A stretch of 64,000 bases of DNA from Longimicrobiales bacterium (GCA_041690395.1 JAWLHJ010000004.1:64001-128000), one strand, 5' to 3'; shown: positions 1 through 11,034, numbered from the stretch's first letter. Numbers and translations: made by a program. The notes: generated by a model from the letters alone, not told the origin.

Positions 1-1271
1 TCCAGGTAGATCGCGTCGGCCTCGCGCAGGACCGCGAGCCGCTCCGGCGTCACGTCGCCCAGGATCCGGATGGCGAGGCCCGGGCCCGGGAACGGATGCC
101 GTCCCACGAAGTCCTCGGGAAGACCGAGCTCCCGTCCGACCTGCCGCACCTCGTCCTTGAAGAGCTCCCGCAGGGGCTCGACGAGCTCGAAGGGGAGATC
201 CTCCGGAAGGCCGCCCACGTTGTGGTGGGTCTTGATGGTCACGGACGGTCCGCCGACCGACACGGACTCGATCACGTCCGGGTACAGCGTGCCCTGCACC
301 AGGAAGGCCGCGTCGGTCCCCTCCCGGTCCGCCGTGTCACGGAACACCTCGATGAACCGGTTCCCGATCGCCTTTCGCTTCGCCTCCGGGTCCGTCACGC
401 CCTTCAGATCCTCGAGGAATGCTTCGGAAGCGTCCTCCACGACCAGCCGCATGTCGTAGTGGCTCCGGAACATCCGCTCCACCTGCTCCCGCTCGTGCTT
501 CCGGAGCAGCCCGTGGTCCACGAAGATGCATGTGAGGCGGTCGCCGATGGCGCGGTGCACGAGCACGGCCGCGACCGACGAGTCCACTCCGCCGGAGAGC
601 CCGCAGATGGCGCGCCGGTCACCGATCTGCTCACGGATACGGTCGATGGTGTCTTCGATGAACGCTCCGGCCGTCCAGGTCGGGCGGCATCCCGCGACCT
701 CGAACAGGAAGTTGGAGAGGATCTCGTCGCCCCGGTGCGTATGCGCAACTTCGGGGTGGAACTGGACTCCGTAGATCTTCCGCGCCGTGTCCGCGAAGGC
801 GGCCACGGGCAACGTCTTCGTGGAGGCGAGAGGCTGGAAGCCGGGCGGCGGCTCGAGCACGTGGTCGCCGTGGGAGCACCAGACGGTGGTCGACTCGCCC
901 GGGTCGAATCCGGCGAACAGGTTCTCTCCGTGTCGCACGTCGAGCTCGGCTCGCCCATATTCGCGCTTCCCCTGCTCCACTTTCGCCCCCTCCAGCAGGG
1001 CGATGAGCTGCATCCCGTAACAGATGCCGAGGACGGGGAAGCCCGCGTCCAGGAGTTCCTTGTCGATACTGGGGACGCCCTCGTCGTACACGGACGACGG
1101 TCCCCCGCTCAGGATGACCGCCTTGGGCCCCCACTCACGGATCCACTCCAGGGAGCGGGTCGGTGGATGGATCTCGCAGTAGACGCGCTCCTCGCGGATG
1201 CGGCGGGCGATCAGCTGGGTGAACTGCGATCCGAAGTCGAGGATCAGAACCTTGTCGTGCTCCTGGCTCAT
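1..1271 (-). CDS. guaA: GMP synthase (glutamine-hydrolysing); partial, 3' end outside window
   Basis: Not in ORF track (runs off window). Manual translation from ATG 1271 gives [27 protein letters not shown]...[10 protein letters not shown]...[11 protein letters not shown]...FHPEV...SGGVDS...[12 protein letters not shown]. Overlaps proS stop (TGATG). Confidence 0.96.
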   Translation of the reverse strand, partial: MSQEHDKVLILDFGSQFTQLIARRIREERVYCEIHPPTRSLEWIREWGPKAVILSGGPSSVYDEGVPSIDKELLDAGFPVLGICYGMQLIALLEGAKVEQGKREYGRAELDVRHGENLFAGFDPGESTTVWCSHGDHVLEPPPGFQPLASTKTLPVAAFADTARKIYGVQFHPEVAHTHRGDEILSNFLFEVAGCRPTWTAGAFIEDTIDRIREQIGDRRAICGLSGGVDSSVAAVLVHRAIGDRLTCIFVDHGLLRKHEREQVERMFRSHYDMRLVVEDASEAFLEDLKGVTDPEAKRKAIGNRFIEVFRDTADREGTDAAFLVQGTLYPDVIESVSVGGPSVTIKTHHNVGGLPEDLPFELVEPLRELFKDEVRQVGRELGLPEDFVGRHPFPGPGLAIRILGDVTPERLAVLREADAIYL

Positions 1272-2731
1272 CAGTAGGCCCTCGCCCAGACGACCTCGGT
1301 GACCGCGTCGCGATCGCCCGAAACACACTTCGTCGGAGCGACGTCCGACCGGAACTCCTCGTCCGGAAGCACCCGGATGGTGGCCTTGGCCCGCGCCTTC
1401 ACCTCCTCCTCCACGGCCTCGTCCCCGCTCCAGCCTGTGTAGACGAAGCCCGCGCCCTGCTCGAACGCCTCCACGAGCTCGTCGACGGACGAGACGCCGC
1501 GCAGCGAGTTCGCGTCCCGTCGCGCCCGGACACCGTCCTTGAGCTCGGTCTGGAACGCTTCGAGAAGACCCGGGAGCTCGGTGATGGCCTGCTCTTCCGG
1601 GACGAACTGCTTCCGCTTCTCACCCTCGGGCACCAGACGGCGCGCGAGCGCGAGCTGACCCTTCTCGAGATCCTTCGGTCCGATCTCCACACGGTACGGG
1701 ACGCCCTTCCGCTCCCACTCGTAGTACTTGGCGCCCGGCGAGAGGTGGTCGCGCGCGTCGACCCGCACCCGCACCCCGAGATCGGTGAGTCGCTTCCTGA
1801 CCTCCTCGGTCTTCTCGAGCACCCGGGCATCGGCGTCTCCCCGGAGAATCGGAACGATGACCGCCTGGACCGGGGCGAGACGCGGCGGCAGAACGAGCCC
1901 GTCATCGTCGCCGTGGGTCATGACGAGCCCCCCCACGAGCCGCGTGGACACGCCCCACGACGTGTTCCAGGCGTACTCCTCCTGTCCGGCTTCGGACTGG
2001 AACTTCAGGTCGAACTGCTTCGCGAAGTTCTGCCCGAGGAAGTGCGACGTGCCGGCCTGGAGCGCCTTGTTGTCCTGCATGAGCGCTTCACAGGCATAGG
2101 TGCGCACGGCGCCGGCGAAGGTCTCGGACGGCGACTTGAGCCCGGTCAGGGGCGGCATGGCGATCCAGTCCTCCATGAACGTCCGGTAGACGCCGAGCAT
2201 GGTGCGGGTCTCCTCCTCGGCCTCCTCCGCGGTCGCGTGGGCCGTGTGCCCCTCCTGCCAGAGGAACTCCGAGGTGCGCAGGAAGAGCCGCGTCCTGAGC
2301 TCCCACCGCATGACGTTCGCCCACTGGTTCATGAGGATGGGCAGGTCGCGGTAGCTCTGCACCCACTTCGCGTACATCGAGTAGATGATGGTCTCGGACG
2401 TCGGACGGATGGCGTAGGGCTCCTCGAGCTCCTTCCCGCCGGCCCGGGTCACGATCGCGAGCTCCGGCGCGAAGCCCTCGATGTGCTGCTTCTCCTTCTC
2501 GATGAAGCTCATCGGGATGAGGAGCGGGAAGTACGCGTTCTCGTGCCCGGTCGCCTTGAACATGTCGTCGAGCGCGCGCTGCATGAGCTCCCAGATGCCG
2601 TAGCCCCAGGGCCGGATGACCATGCTCCCGCGCACGGGCGAGTGGTCCGCGAGCTCGGCCCGCTGGACCAGCTCGTTGTACCAGGCCGAGAAATCTTCGG
2701 AGCGTGGCGTGAGCTTCTTGTCGTCGGTCAT
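1271..2731 (-). CDS. proS: Proline--tRNA ligase, archaeal/eukaryote-like type without INS editing domain
   Basis: [61 protein letters not shown]-terminal ARAY. Start set at MTDDKK (ATGA overlap). Confidence 0.96.
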   Translation of the reverse strand: MTDDKKLTPRSEDFSAWYNELVQRAELADHSPVRGSMVIRPWGYGIWELMQRALDDMFKATGHENAYFPLLIPMSFIEKEKQHIEGFAPELAIVTRAGGKELEEPYAIRPTSETIIYSMYAKWVQSYRDLPILMNQWANVMRWELRTRLFLRTSEFLWQEGHTAHATAEEAEEETRTMLGVYRTFMEDWIAMPPLTGLKSPSETFAGAVRTYACEALMQDNKALQAGTSHFLGQNFAKQFDLKFQSEAGQEEYAWNTSWGVSTRLVGGLVMTHGDDDGLVLPPRLAPVQAVIVPILRGDADARVLEKTEEVRKRLTDLGVRVRVDARDHLSPGAKYYEWERKGVPYRVEIGPKDLEKGQLALARRLVPEGEKRKQFVPEEQAITELPGLLEAFQTELKDGVRARRDANSLRGVSSVDELVEAFEQGAGFVYTGWSGDEAVEEEVKARAKATIRVLPDEEFRSDVAPTKCVSGDRDAVTEVVWARAY

Positions 2732-3036
2732 GATTCGTTCTCGCGTTCCGCGCGCAGCTGTTCGAGGCGTCGGGCACGCCGGCGTTCGTCCCGGCGCAGG
2801 ATGGTCATGGCGATGGCTCCGGGGACCACGAAGAGGATCACGGACGCCACCACCCACGTAGGTCGGAAGGCGAATCCGAGCGGACCCGCCAGGAGGATCG
2901 CGATGAGCGCGCCCCCGATGGTCGCGAGGACACCCGCGCCCAGAAAGATGAACCACTCGAGGACGTCGAGACGTCGAATCGCCCGGGAGGTCACCTCCCG
3001 GGTGAGCCGGGCGGTCTCTTCGTCCGAGCGGTTCAC
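2728..3036 (-). CDS. Small hypothetical membrane protein (2 TM)
   Basis: 102 aa with two hydrophobic helices. Fills the hisS-proS gap exactly, with 4-nt overlaps on both sides. Confidence 0.8.
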   Translation of the reverse strand: MNRSDEETARLTREVTSRAIRRLDVLEWFIFLGAGVLATIGGALIAILLAGPLGFAFRPTWVVASVILFVVPGAIAMTILRRDERRRARRLEQLRAERENES

Positions 3037-4313
3037 GTCAACTCCGCGAGTCGGATCTCGCGCTCGGCTCCGTCGCCGAGATTGCGGGCCGTGACCACGC
3101 CACGTGCGAGCTCTTCGGGCCCCAGGATCAGCGCCTCGCGGGCGCCCTCCTTCCCCGCGGCCTTGAGCTGCTTGCCGACGCCCTGCTCCCGGAGCGCGTA
3201 CGCCACGCTGTGGCCCTTCGCCCGCAGCGCCTGCGCGATGCGGAGCGCCTCGGCCCGCTGCTCGGCCGTGACCGACACGACGAAGTAGTCGATGCGGTGC
3301 GTCACGTCCGGCACCAGCTCCCGATCCTGCAGGAGCTCACCCAGAACGACGTCGCCCATGCCGAAGCCGACGGCGGGCAGGGGCTCGCCGCCCACGAGCT
3401 CCAGCAGGCGGTCGTAGCGTCCGCCGCCGCAGATGGCGCGGAGCTCACCCTTGCGGTCGAACAGCTCGAAGACGATGCCGGTGTAGTACGCGAGCCCGCG
3501 GACGATCTTGAGGTCGACCTCGACGTAGTCGCCGAGCCCCATCGCCCGGAGGGTCGCCAGATACGAGGACAAGCGCTCGACGTACGGCCCGGCGTCGTCC
3601 CGCGAGGCGAACCGCGCCTCGATGGCCTCGATTCCGAAGTCCAGCGTGTCGAGGAGCTCCCGGGCGGAGGCGCCGGACATGCCGACCTCCCCCGTGAGCC
3701 GCTCGATGGTTCGATCCGCCGGCTCGCGCTCGACCTTGTCCACGACCCCGAACGCGGCCGGCAAGGCCTGCTCGCCTACGCCGAGCGCGTCGAGGATCGC
3801 GGTCAAGAGACGCCGGTCGGACACCCGCGCGTAGAAGTCCTCATGGCCGAGGCCGAGGTCTCGCAGCCCGTCGATGCCGACCGCCAGCACCTCGGCGTCG
3901 GCGGCCACGCTCTCCTCCCCGACGATGTCCACGTTCCATTGGAAGTGCTCCCGGAGGCGCCCCCGCTGCTGACGCTCGTAGCGGAACAGCTGGGGCATGG
4001 AGAACCACCGGATCGGCTTGCTCATCCCGCGGCTGCGCGCGCCCAGGATCCGGGCGAGGGACGGCGTCATCTCGGGCCGCAGTGCCACGTCCCGGCCGCC
4101 CTTGTCGGTGAAGTTGTAGAGCTGGCCGACGATCTCGTCCCCGCTCTTCTCCACATAGAGCTCCAGCGCCTCGAGCGGCGGACCGTCGTACTCGGCGAAA
4201 CCGTAGCGTACGGCCACGCGGCGCCACGACTCGAAGATCCGGTTGCGGACCGCGAGCTCTTCGGGCGGGAAGTCCCGGAAGCCGGGGAGTCTCTGGAAAT
4301 CGGGAGCGGACAT
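3033..4313 (-). CDS. hisS: Histidine--tRNA ligase
   Basis: PGFRDF, LRPEMT, FRYERQQRGRLREHFQ, RGLAYYTG, GGGRYD and a C-terminal anticodon-binding domain. Confidence 0.96.
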   Translation of the reverse strand: MSAPDFQRLPGFRDFPPEELAVRNRIFESWRRVAVRYGFAEYDGPPLEALELYVEKSGDEIVGQLYNFTDKGGRDVALRPEMTPSLARILGARSRGMSKPIRWFSMPQLFRYERQQRGRLREHFQWNVDIVGEESVAADAEVLAVGIDGLRDLGLGHEDFYARVSDRRLLTAILDALGVGEQALPAAFGVVDKVEREPADRTIERLTGEVGMSGASARELLDTLDFGIEAIEARFASRDDAGPYVERLSSYLATLRAMGLGDYVEVDLKIVRGLAYYTGIVFELFDRKGELRAICGGGRYDRLLELVGGEPLPAVGFGMGDVVLGELLQDRELVPDVTHRIDYFVVSVTAEQRAEALRIAQALRAKGHSVAYALREQGVGKQLKAAGKEGAREALILGPEELARGVVTARNLGDGAEREIRLAELT

Positions 4314-4322
4314 AGGACGCGC

Positions 4323-4350
4323 AATCTATGGAACCCCCGCGCTAGTCCAA
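4323..4350 (-). promoter_or_regulatory. Putative sigma70 promoter of hisS (near-leaderless)
   Basis: Minus strand reads TTGGAC-N16-TAGATT, ending 9 nt before the ATG. No SD sequence. Confidence 0.45.
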
Positions 4351-4362
4351 AGGGGCCGGCCC

Positions 4363-5709
4363 TTACTCGTCGAAGCGCCGGAGCGGCTCTCGCCCGAGGA
4401 GTCTCATGACGCCACCCACCGTATGTACCGATCCGGTGACGATCACCGTGCCCCCCTCCGCCGCGGCCTTCACGCGCTCGAAGGCGCGCACGAAGTCCTC
4501 CTCGACTTCCACCCGGTTGGTCCCGGCGGCGCGCGCGGCCGCGGACGCCGGGTCCCAGCGTCGCTCGGGCGGCGCGGTCGGCGGTTGCGTGAGGACCGCG
4601 ACATCGACGCGCTCGAACAGCGGCGGGAGCATGGCGGCCCAGTCCTTGTCGCCCAGGACTCCGACGAGCGCCGCGTGCGGGCGAGGGAGATCGAGTGTGT
4701 CGATGGTGTCGACCAGGGAGCGGACGCCCGCCGTGTTGTGCGCCACGTCGAGCAGCCAGGTCACCCCGTCGATACGCTCGAGCTCGTCGCGCCCGTGATA
4801 CTCGACCTCGGCGATGCCCTGGAGCAGGGCGTCCTTCGAGGGACGCCGCTCGTCCGGCAGACGATCGAGCACCGAGACGGCCAACGCCGCGTTGGTGGCC
4901 TGGTGGCGTCCCACCAGCGGCGTATGGATTTCGACGTCGCCCCACGTCCCGGTCTCGATTCGGAACGACGTGCCGTCGGCCCCGACGACGACCTCACGGA
5001 CGGCGTCGGCCTCGACGTACGACATCAACGCACCCACCTCGTGGGCCACTTCCTCGAAGACCGCCCGGGGGCCCGGCGCCTGTTCCGCGGTCACGAACGG
5101 GACGTTCCGCTTCATGATGCCGGCCTTCTCCCGCGCGATCTCCTCGATCGTGTCTCCGAGGAAGTCGGAATGATCCATGGCGATGTTCGTGACCGCCGCG
5201 ACTTCGGGGACGATGACGTTGGTCGCGTCGAGGCGCCCGCCGAGCCCGACCTCCATCACCGCGAAGTCGACCCGCTCCCGCGCGAACACGTGGAACGCGA
5301 GGACCGTGACCGCCTCGAAGAAGGTGAGCCCGCATCCGATGACGACATCGTGGATCTCACGAGCCCGGGCGAGCAGAAGGTCGTCGGTGAGGGGCCGCCC
5401 GTCGATGAGGATCCGCTCCCGGAACGAGCAAAGGTGGGGGGACGTGTAGCACCCGGTGCGGCGTCCGTCGTGACGCAGCACGGAGGCCAGCGTCGTCGTC
5501 ACCGACCCCTTCCCGTTGGTTCCGCCCACGTGGATGGTGGGGTAGGCCCGGTGCGGATTCCCGAGCGCGGCGAGGGCCTGCTCGGTTCTCTCGAGACCCC
5601 AATGCACCCCGGTGGCGAGCGGCGGGAAGAGCCGCCGTACGAGCGGGTCCTGGAACGGCCGATCGAGGCGTTCCGGAGCGACCGGGGCGCTCCCGGCTAG
5701 GAGTCCCAA
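4363..5709 (-). CDS. folC: Folylpolyglutamate synthase / dihydrofolate synthase
   Basis: IHVGGTNGKGS, YTSPHL, FRERI, EVGLGGRLDATN, IAREKAGI, LDVAHN. Start uncertain; in-frame TTG at 5709 overlaps the accD end. Confidence 0.93.
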   Translation of the reverse strand: MGLLAGSAPVAPERLDRPFQDPLVRRLFPPLATGVHWGLERTEQALAALGNPHRAYPTIHVGGTNGKGSVTTTLASVLRHDGRRTGCYTSPHLCSFRERILIDGRPLTDDLLLARAREIHDVVIGCGLTFFEAVTVLAFHVFARERVDFAVMEVGLGGRLDATNVIVPEVAAVTNIAMDHSDFLGDTIEEIAREKAGIMKRNVPFVTAEQAPGPRAVFEEVAHEVGALMSYVEADAVREVVVGADGTSFRIETGTWGDVEIHTPLVGRHQATNAALAVSVLDRLPDERRPSKDALLQGIAEVEYHGRDELERIDGVTWLLDVAHNTAGVRSLVDTIDTLDLPRPHAALVGVLGDKDWAAMLPPLFERVDVAVLTQPPTAPPERRWDPASAAARAAGTNRVEVEEDFVRAFERVKAAAEGGTVIVTGSVHTVGGVMRLLGREPLRRFDE

Positions 5710-6545
5710 CCGACGTGCAGGTGTCGCAGGAGCGTCGCGATCTCGGCCTTGAGCTCCCTCCGGTCCACGACGCGGTCGACCATGCCGTGCTCCTTGAGGA
5801 ACTCGGCGCGCTGGAAGCCCTCCGGAAGCTCCTGGCGGATGGTCTCCTCGATCACCCGCGGGCCCGCGAAGCCGATGAGCGCTCCGGGCTCGGCCAGGTT
5901 CACATCGCCGAGCATCGAGAAGGACGCCGTCACTCCTCCGGTGGTCGGGTGCGTGAGCACCGAGATGAACGGAAGCCCCGCCTCGTGCAGCCGCCCCAAC
6001 ACCGCGGACGTCTTGGCCATCTGCATGAGCGAGAAGATGCCCTCCTGCATGCGTGCCCCGCCCGACGCGCTCACGATGACCAGCGGGAGCTGCCTCTCCA
6101 GGGCGATCCGGGCGACGCGAGCGATCTTTTCGCCCACGACCGATCCCATGGAACCGCCGATGAAGGAGAAGTCCATGACGGCGAGGCCGATCTCGATCCC
6201 GTCCAGGCGGCCGGTTCCGGTGACCACGGCCTCCTGCTTCCCCTTCGCTTCGGCCGCGCGGATGCGGTCCGCGTACGGTTTGAGGTCGGTGAACTCGAGA
6301 GGATCGGCCGCCCTGAGCCCCGCGTCGAGCTCCTCGAAGGTCGCGCTGTCGAGAAGGACGCTGACGTAGGCGTCCGCCGAGATCCTCAGATGGTGTCCAC
6401 ACGTAGGACAGACGTTGAGGTTCTGAGCGAGCCGCTCACGATAGAGGATCTCGCCGCAACCCGGACACTTGTCGAAGACGTCCGACGGAAGGTCGCGTCG
6501 GTCCTGCGCGTTGAGGGGCTTCTTGTCCTTACGGAACCAAGCCAT
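5697..6545 (-). CDS. accD: Acetyl-CoA carboxylase carboxyltransferase beta subunit
   Basis: MAWFRK, Zn finger CPGC...CPTC, FIGGSMGSVVGEKI, SGGARMQEG, PTTGGVTASF, GFAGPRVIE. Confidence 0.96.
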   Translation of the reverse strand: MAWFRKDKKPLNAQDRRDLPSDVFDKCPGCGEILYRERLAQNLNVCPTCGHHLRISADAYVSVLLDSATFEELDAGLRAADPLEFTDLKPYADRIRAAEAKGKQEAVVTGTGRLDGIEIGLAVMDFSFIGGSMGSVVGEKIARVARIALERQLPLVIVSASGGARMQEGIFSLMQMAKTSAVLGRLHEAGLPFISVLTHPTTGGVTASFSMLGDVNLAEPGALIGFAGPRVIEETIRQELPEGFQRAEFLKEHGMVDRVVDRRELKAEIATLLRHLHVGWDS

Positions 6546-6559
6546 AGCGCTTCCGGAGC

Positions 6560-7795
6560 TTATCTCTCGTGGGCCACGCGCACCGCGATCGCCACCGCGA
6601 CCCACGACATGAAGAGGAACGTCCCGCCGTAGCTGACGAAGGGCAGCGGGATGCCGGTGATCGGCACGAGGCCGATGGTCATGCCGATGTTCACGAAGAC
6701 ATGGACCAGCCAGGCGCCGAAGATACCGAGAAGGACGAGGCCGGCAAAGGGATCGGACGCGTCGTCGGCCATCTTCACGAGCCTGCTGAGCACGTAGGCG
6801 AACACCGCGATGGCCAGGACGGTGCCCCGAAAGCCCAGCTCCTCTCCGACCACGCTGAAGATGAAGTCGGTATGCTGCTCGGGCAGGAAGTCGAAGCGTT
6901 TCTGGGGACCCATCGTGAAGCCCTGACCGGTGAGTCCGCCGCTTCCGACGGCCACCATCGACTGGATCAGCTGATACCCGGCGCCCCTCGGATCGACCTC
7001 GGGATCCAGGAAGACCAGGATCCGGTTCCGCTGGTACTCCGCGAGAGAGCTCCAGAGCGGACGCGCGATGGTCCCGGCCGCGAAGTTCGCCAGCACCACC
7101 GCCACCGACTCCGCCAGGAAGAGGCGGTACCGGTAAAGATAGAGGAAGCCGATGAGCCCCACGATATACCACGACCAGATCGTGATATCGAACGCCAGTA
7201 CCAGCGCCGCCACGGGGCTGAGCACGAGCAGGAGCAAGGCGATCGGTGCGCCCGCCCAGAACAGCATCGCGAACAGGATGCCGACGAACGCCATGGCCGT
7301 GCCGAGATCCGGCTGGAGGAGGACGAGCACGACCGGGAGGCCGACGAGCGCCGCCGGGACCAGGAAGTCCCGAAGGGACGAAAGGGGGCGCTCGCGCTGG
7401 GCCAGGAAGCGGGCCAGCGCCAGGATCGTCGCCAGCTTCGCGACCTCGGACGGCTGGAAGCGGATGAAGCCCAGGTCGATCCAACTCCTGACCCCCGCCG
7501 CCGTTCCGGCTCCGGTGCCCACGACGAGCGTGGCGGCCAGGAGGACGACGCTGACCACGTAGGACGGCGCGGCCACCCATTCCAACCAGCGGGCCGGCAC
7601 GCGCGTGAGCAGCGTGAAAGCGATGAGGGCGAGCGCGAACCAGACCGCCTGGCGGATCCACGCCGTGTCCGTGACCGGATTCGGCACATGGACCTCGCCC
7701 GCCGAATAGATCATGGCGATCCCGAAGAGCGTCAGGAGCACGACACCCGGCACGAACCAGGGATCGACCGACCAGACCCGGAGGAGGCGCCTCAC
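6560..7795 (-). CDS. rodA: Rod shape-determining SEDS protein RodA
   Basis: RSWIDLGFIRFQPSE, QPDLGT, LPEQHTDFIFSVVGEELG, PITGIPLPFVSYGG. GTG start overlaps mrdA stop. Confidence 0.95.
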   Translation of the reverse strand: MRRLLRVWSVDPWFVPGVVLLTLFGIAMIYSAGEVHVPNPVTDTAWIRQAVWFALALIAFTLLTRVPARWLEWVAAPSYVVSVVLLAATLVVGTGAGTAAGVRSWIDLGFIRFQPSEVAKLATILALARFLAQRERPLSSLRDFLVPAALVGLPVVLVLLQPDLGTAMAFVGILFAMLFWAGAPIALLLLVLSPVAALVLAFDITIWSWYIVGLIGFLYLYRYRLFLAESVAVVLANFAAGTIARPLWSSLAEYQRNRILVFLDPEVDPRGAGYQLIQSMVAVGSGGLTGQGFTMGPQKRFDFLPEQHTDFIFSVVGEELGFRGTVLAIAVFAYVLSRLVKMADDASDPFAGLVLLGIFGAWLVHVFVNIGMTIGLVPITGIPLPFVSYGGTFLFMSWVAVAIAVRVAHER

Positions 7796-9672
7796 CGGCG
7801 TGTCGCCGCTTCGGGCGGGAAGCGCTCCCGGTACCAGGGTGCCGGCACCCCGGCCAGCAGGTGCTCGAGATACGTCTGGATCGTGTCCGTGGGGATCCCG
7901 TGCTTCCGTCTCAAATAGAAGTCCGCGGCCTTGGCCATGATCGGAGCGGCCATGGCCGAGCCGCTCGCCCCGTACTCGACCAGCACCGCGATGACGACCT
8001 CCGGCGCGCCACCGGGCGGACCCGCCATCCCGGTGAACCAGGCGTGGTCTTCGGCCAACCCCTGGACGCTGAGCGAGTTCTGACCCGTCCCGGTCTTGCC
8101 CAGCACCTCCCAGTGCTCCAACGCCGTACCGAAGTGCGCCGTGCCGCCAGGCGCGGTCACGTAGCGCAGCCCGTCCCGGAGTGCCTCGAGATGCTCGGGG
8201 GTGAGGTTCAGCTCCCACCCCTCCTCGAGCTCGATCTCCTTCGCGATGCGCGGCGCCGGAGCGGAGCCGTCCCGGGCCAGAGCAACGTAGAACTGGGCCA
8301 TCTTGAGGGGCGTCTGCGAGTTCGGACCCTGTCCGATGGACAGTGAGAGCGTCTCGCCCTCGGTAGGCGCGTAGCCGAACGTGCGACGCCAGAAGTCGCG
8401 GCTCTCCGGGAAGACGCCCTGGCTCTCCTGGGGAAGGTCGATCCCGCATCGCTGGCTGAAGCCGATATCGGTGGAGCGATCGAGCAGCCGGTCCAGGCCG
8501 ATACGGACGCCCAGCTGATAGAAGTACACGTCGCAGGAATTGCCGATGGCTTCCGAGAGGTTGTTGAAGCCGTGACCGCGAGCGTCCCAGCATCGGAAGT
8601 ATCGGTTCCCGAACTGCCAGCCACCCGTGCACGGGTCGGGCATGTACTCGTCCGGCGTGATCACCCCGAGGTCGAGGCCGATCCCGGCGGAGGCCAGCTT
8701 CCATGTCGATGCGGGAGGATAGAGCCCCAGGACGGGACGGTTGAACATCGGCCGCCCCTCGTTCACGGTCAGGCCTCGCCAGATGTCGTCGTCGATTCCG
8801 CCGACGAAATCGTTGGGGTCGTACGTCGGCGCCGAGTACATGGCGAGCACGGCCCCGTCCGCCGGGTCGAGCACCACCACGGCACCCGACAGCGTGTCCG
8901 GGAAGATCGAGTGGATGTAATCCTGGAGCTCGTAGTCCAGGTAGAGGTGGATATCCTCCCCGGGCTCGCCCGGATCGGTGCGGACACCGCTGAAATCGCC
9001 CACGATCCGGCCACGCGCGTCGAACTCCACGTACTTCCACCCCTGTCGCCCTTGCAGACGGCCCTCGTACTGGCGCTCCACGCCGAGCTTGCCCACGGTC
9101 ATCCCGCGATCGTACCGGTCGTTCAGATAGTCCGGGGAAGCGAGCTCCTCGGCGGTGATCTCGCCCACGTAACCCAGGACGTGTGCCGCCGCGTTGCCGA
9201 GGACATAGCGGCGCCGGGGCCGCATCTCCACGTAGATGCCGGGGAAGAAGCCGCGCCGCTCCTCGATGACCGACACGGACTCGAAGTCGGCGTCGGGGTC
9301 GACCACGACCTCACGCCCGAAACGGCCCAGCGTCGCCAGCACCCGCTCTATACGCTCCTCGGAAAGGTCCACGTGGTCGGCGAGTCGGTCGAGCACCGCG
9401 CGCGCCGAGTCCCGGGGCATGGGCAGGAGCGTGATGGCGTACCCCGGAACGTTGTCCGCGAGGATTCGACCATCCCTGTCGTAGATCGTGCCCCTCGGGG
9501 CGGGTACCGGGAGCCTCCGGATCCGGTTCGACTCGGCCCTGAGCTCCCAGCTGCTCGAGCGAAGGACCTGGACCCGGAAGAAGCCCGCCACGAGCACACC
9601 CATGACCACGGCGAGCATGGCGTAGGCCACGTGGGCTCGGACGCGCTTGCTGTGCGGGTGGAAGACGTTCAT
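7792..9672 (-). CDS. mrdA: Penicillin-binding protein 2
   Basis: N-terminal TM, PAPRGTIYDRDG, SxxK (STWK), SxD (SCD), KTG motifs; located in mre operon. Confidence 0.95.
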   Translation of the reverse strand: MNVFHPHSKRVRAHVAYAMLAVVMGVLVAGFFRVQVLRSSSWELRAESNRIRRLPVPAPRGTIYDRDGRILADNVPGYAITLLPMPRDSARAVLDRLADHVDLSEERIERVLATLGRFGREVVVDPDADFESVSVIEERRGFFPGIYVEMRPRRRYVLGNAAAHVLGYVGEITAEELASPDYLNDRYDRGMTVGKLGVERQYEGRLQGRQGWKYVEFDARGRIVGDFSGVRTDPGEPGEDIHLYLDYELQDYIHSIFPDTLSGAVVVLDPADGAVLAMYSAPTYDPNDFVGGIDDDIWRGLTVNEGRPMFNRPVLGLYPPASTWKLASAGIGLDLGVITPDEYMPDPCTGGWQFGNRYFRCWDARGHGFNNLSEAIGNSCDVYFYQLGVRIGLDRLLDRSTDIGFSQRCGIDLPQESQGVFPESRDFWRRTFGYAPTEGETLSLSIGQGPNSQTPLKMAQFYVALARDGSAPAPRIAKEIELEEGWELNLTPEHLEALRDGLRYVTAPGGTAHFGTALEHWEVLGKTGTGQNSLSVQGLAEDHAWFTGMAGPPGGAPEVVIAVLVEYGASGSAMAAPIMAKAADFYLRRKHGIPTDTIQTYLEHLLAGVPAPWYRERFPPEAATRR

Positions 9673-10139
9673 CGGTCGGTGGACAATCCGGTGAAGCCCA
9701 CGATGACGAGCCCGACCAGGGCGGCGTAGGCCGCTCCCGTGATCCCCTGGAGCAGCGCCTGTTCCACGAACGACCTGCGGAGCTCCTCACCCACGAGAAT
9801 CCAGTGCACGATGTCGCGTAACCACTTGCCGATGAAGAAATAGGAGACCACGAAGAGGAGCGAGTCGCCCACGAACAGCTCCCGCGTCCTCGCGCCCGCG
9901 ATGCCGACCACGGTCATCGTGAGGGCGTTCGCGCCGAACGCGAGCACACTCAGAGCGTCCTCGAGGAGCCCGAACGCGAAGCCGAGTCCCGCCGCCCAGC
10001 CCGTCCTCAGCTCACGGGCCGCGATCAGGAGCCCGACCGTGAGCAGGTCGGGCGCCGCGAGCCCGGCGCCGAATCCAACATGCAGGAGGAAGTGGAGGCA
10101 AGCGAGCCCTCCGACGACGAGCGCCATGGGGAGTCGCAT
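9669..10139 (-). CDS. mreD: Rod shape-determining protein MreD
   Basis: Hydrophobic 156 aa with PDLL and GLLED; between mreC and mrdA. Confidence 0.88.
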   Translation of the reverse strand: MRLPMALVVGGLACLHFLLHVGFGAGLAAPDLLTVGLLIAARELRTGWAAGLGFAFGLLEDALSVLAFGANALTMTVVGIAGARTRELFVGDSLLFVVSYFFIGKWLRDIVHWILVGEELRRSFVEQALLQGITGAAYAALVGLVIVGFTGLSTDR

Positions 10140-10140
10140 G

Positions 10141-11034
10141 TCAGCCGCCTCCACCGACGGAGTCCACGGCCGCCTCCGGGTCCGACCCGATCTCCGGCTG
10201 CGGCCAGGCGACCCCCTCCTCCGGCAGCATCCCGACGGGAACGAGCACGTGGGTGACCGATCCCGGCAACACGCTGGGTCGGAGCCAATAGCTCTTGCGC
10301 CACGCCCCCTGATAATCCGCGACCCCGTCGATCGTTCCGATAGGGATTCCTCGGGGATACACGCCGCCCAGGCCACTCGTCACGACCGGCGTCCCATCGG
10401 GGATCGACTCGTTGTAGGCCGTTCCCGTCAGCACCAGTCGGTCCTCTTCACGGAACGCTCCCCGACGGTTCTCGACGATCCCGTACACTTCCGTGCCCAG
10501 CGCCATGGCGCTGGCCCGGAAGTCGGGATGGGTCCAGTCCATCGCCACCGAAGTCCCTTCGCCGGCGTCCCGCACTACTCCGACCAGGCCGTCGGGGCTG
10601 ATCACGGGGGCGCCCACGTCGACGTCGTCCCGTATCCCCAGGTCGAGCAGGAAGATGCTCTCAGATCCGGGAGTCCCCGGGCGGAGCACCGTGGCCGAGC
10701 GAAAGCGGGGTCCGAGCCTCTCCCCCAGGGCCAGCAGGCGCCGGAGCGTTCGGTTCTCCTCGACCAGCACGGACTGCGCGGTCAGGATGGCGGAGAGCGA
10801 ATCGACGCGGAGCATCAAGGCGTCGACGTCGCCCGCGCGAGTCCGCGCGAGCGTGAGGCCCTCCTGTAGCGCCAGGAACGGTCGCAACACGCTGGCGCGG
10901 AGGGCTCCGGCCACGCGCTGCTGGGCATCCTGGCTCAGGGCCCCGAGCCCGAGTGCCGCGATCACGAACACCGCGGTGAGGAGAGACTGCCTCCGGCCTC
11001 CGCCGATGTCGGAATCACCCCCCAGAACGGCCAC
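10141..11034 (-). CDS. mreC: Rod shape-determining protein MreC
   Basis: TM plus coiled coil (EENRTLRRLL), GLVGVV, VVTSGLGGVYPRGIPIG. Confidence 0.92.
   Translation of the reverse strand: MAVLGGDSDIGGGRRQSLLTAVFVIAALGLGALSQDAQQRVAGALRASVLRPFLALQEGLTLARTRAGDVDALMLRVDSLSAILTAQSVLVEENRTLRRLLALGERLGPRFRSATVLRPGTPGSESIFLLDLGIRDDVDVGAPVISPDGLVGVVRDAGEGTSVAMDWTHPDFRASAMALGTEVYGIVENRRGAFREEDRLVLTGTAYNESIPDGTPVVTSGLGGVYPRGIPIGTIDGVADYQGAWRKSYWLRPSVLPGSVTHVLVPVGMLPEEGVAWPQPEIGSDPEAAVDSVGGGG

Noticed and set aside
1271..2731. Archaeal-type ProRS as recent horizontal transfer
   Set aside because: This type is common in several bacterial phyla; composition matches neighbours and it is coupled to guaA.
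4363..9040. Apparent fusions or long N-extensions in ORF track (679-aa folC, 654-aa accD, 826-aa rodA)
   Set aside because: The extensions are off-frame read-through of the upstream gene (Arg/Pro/Gly-rich junk); family motifs begin at the starts given.
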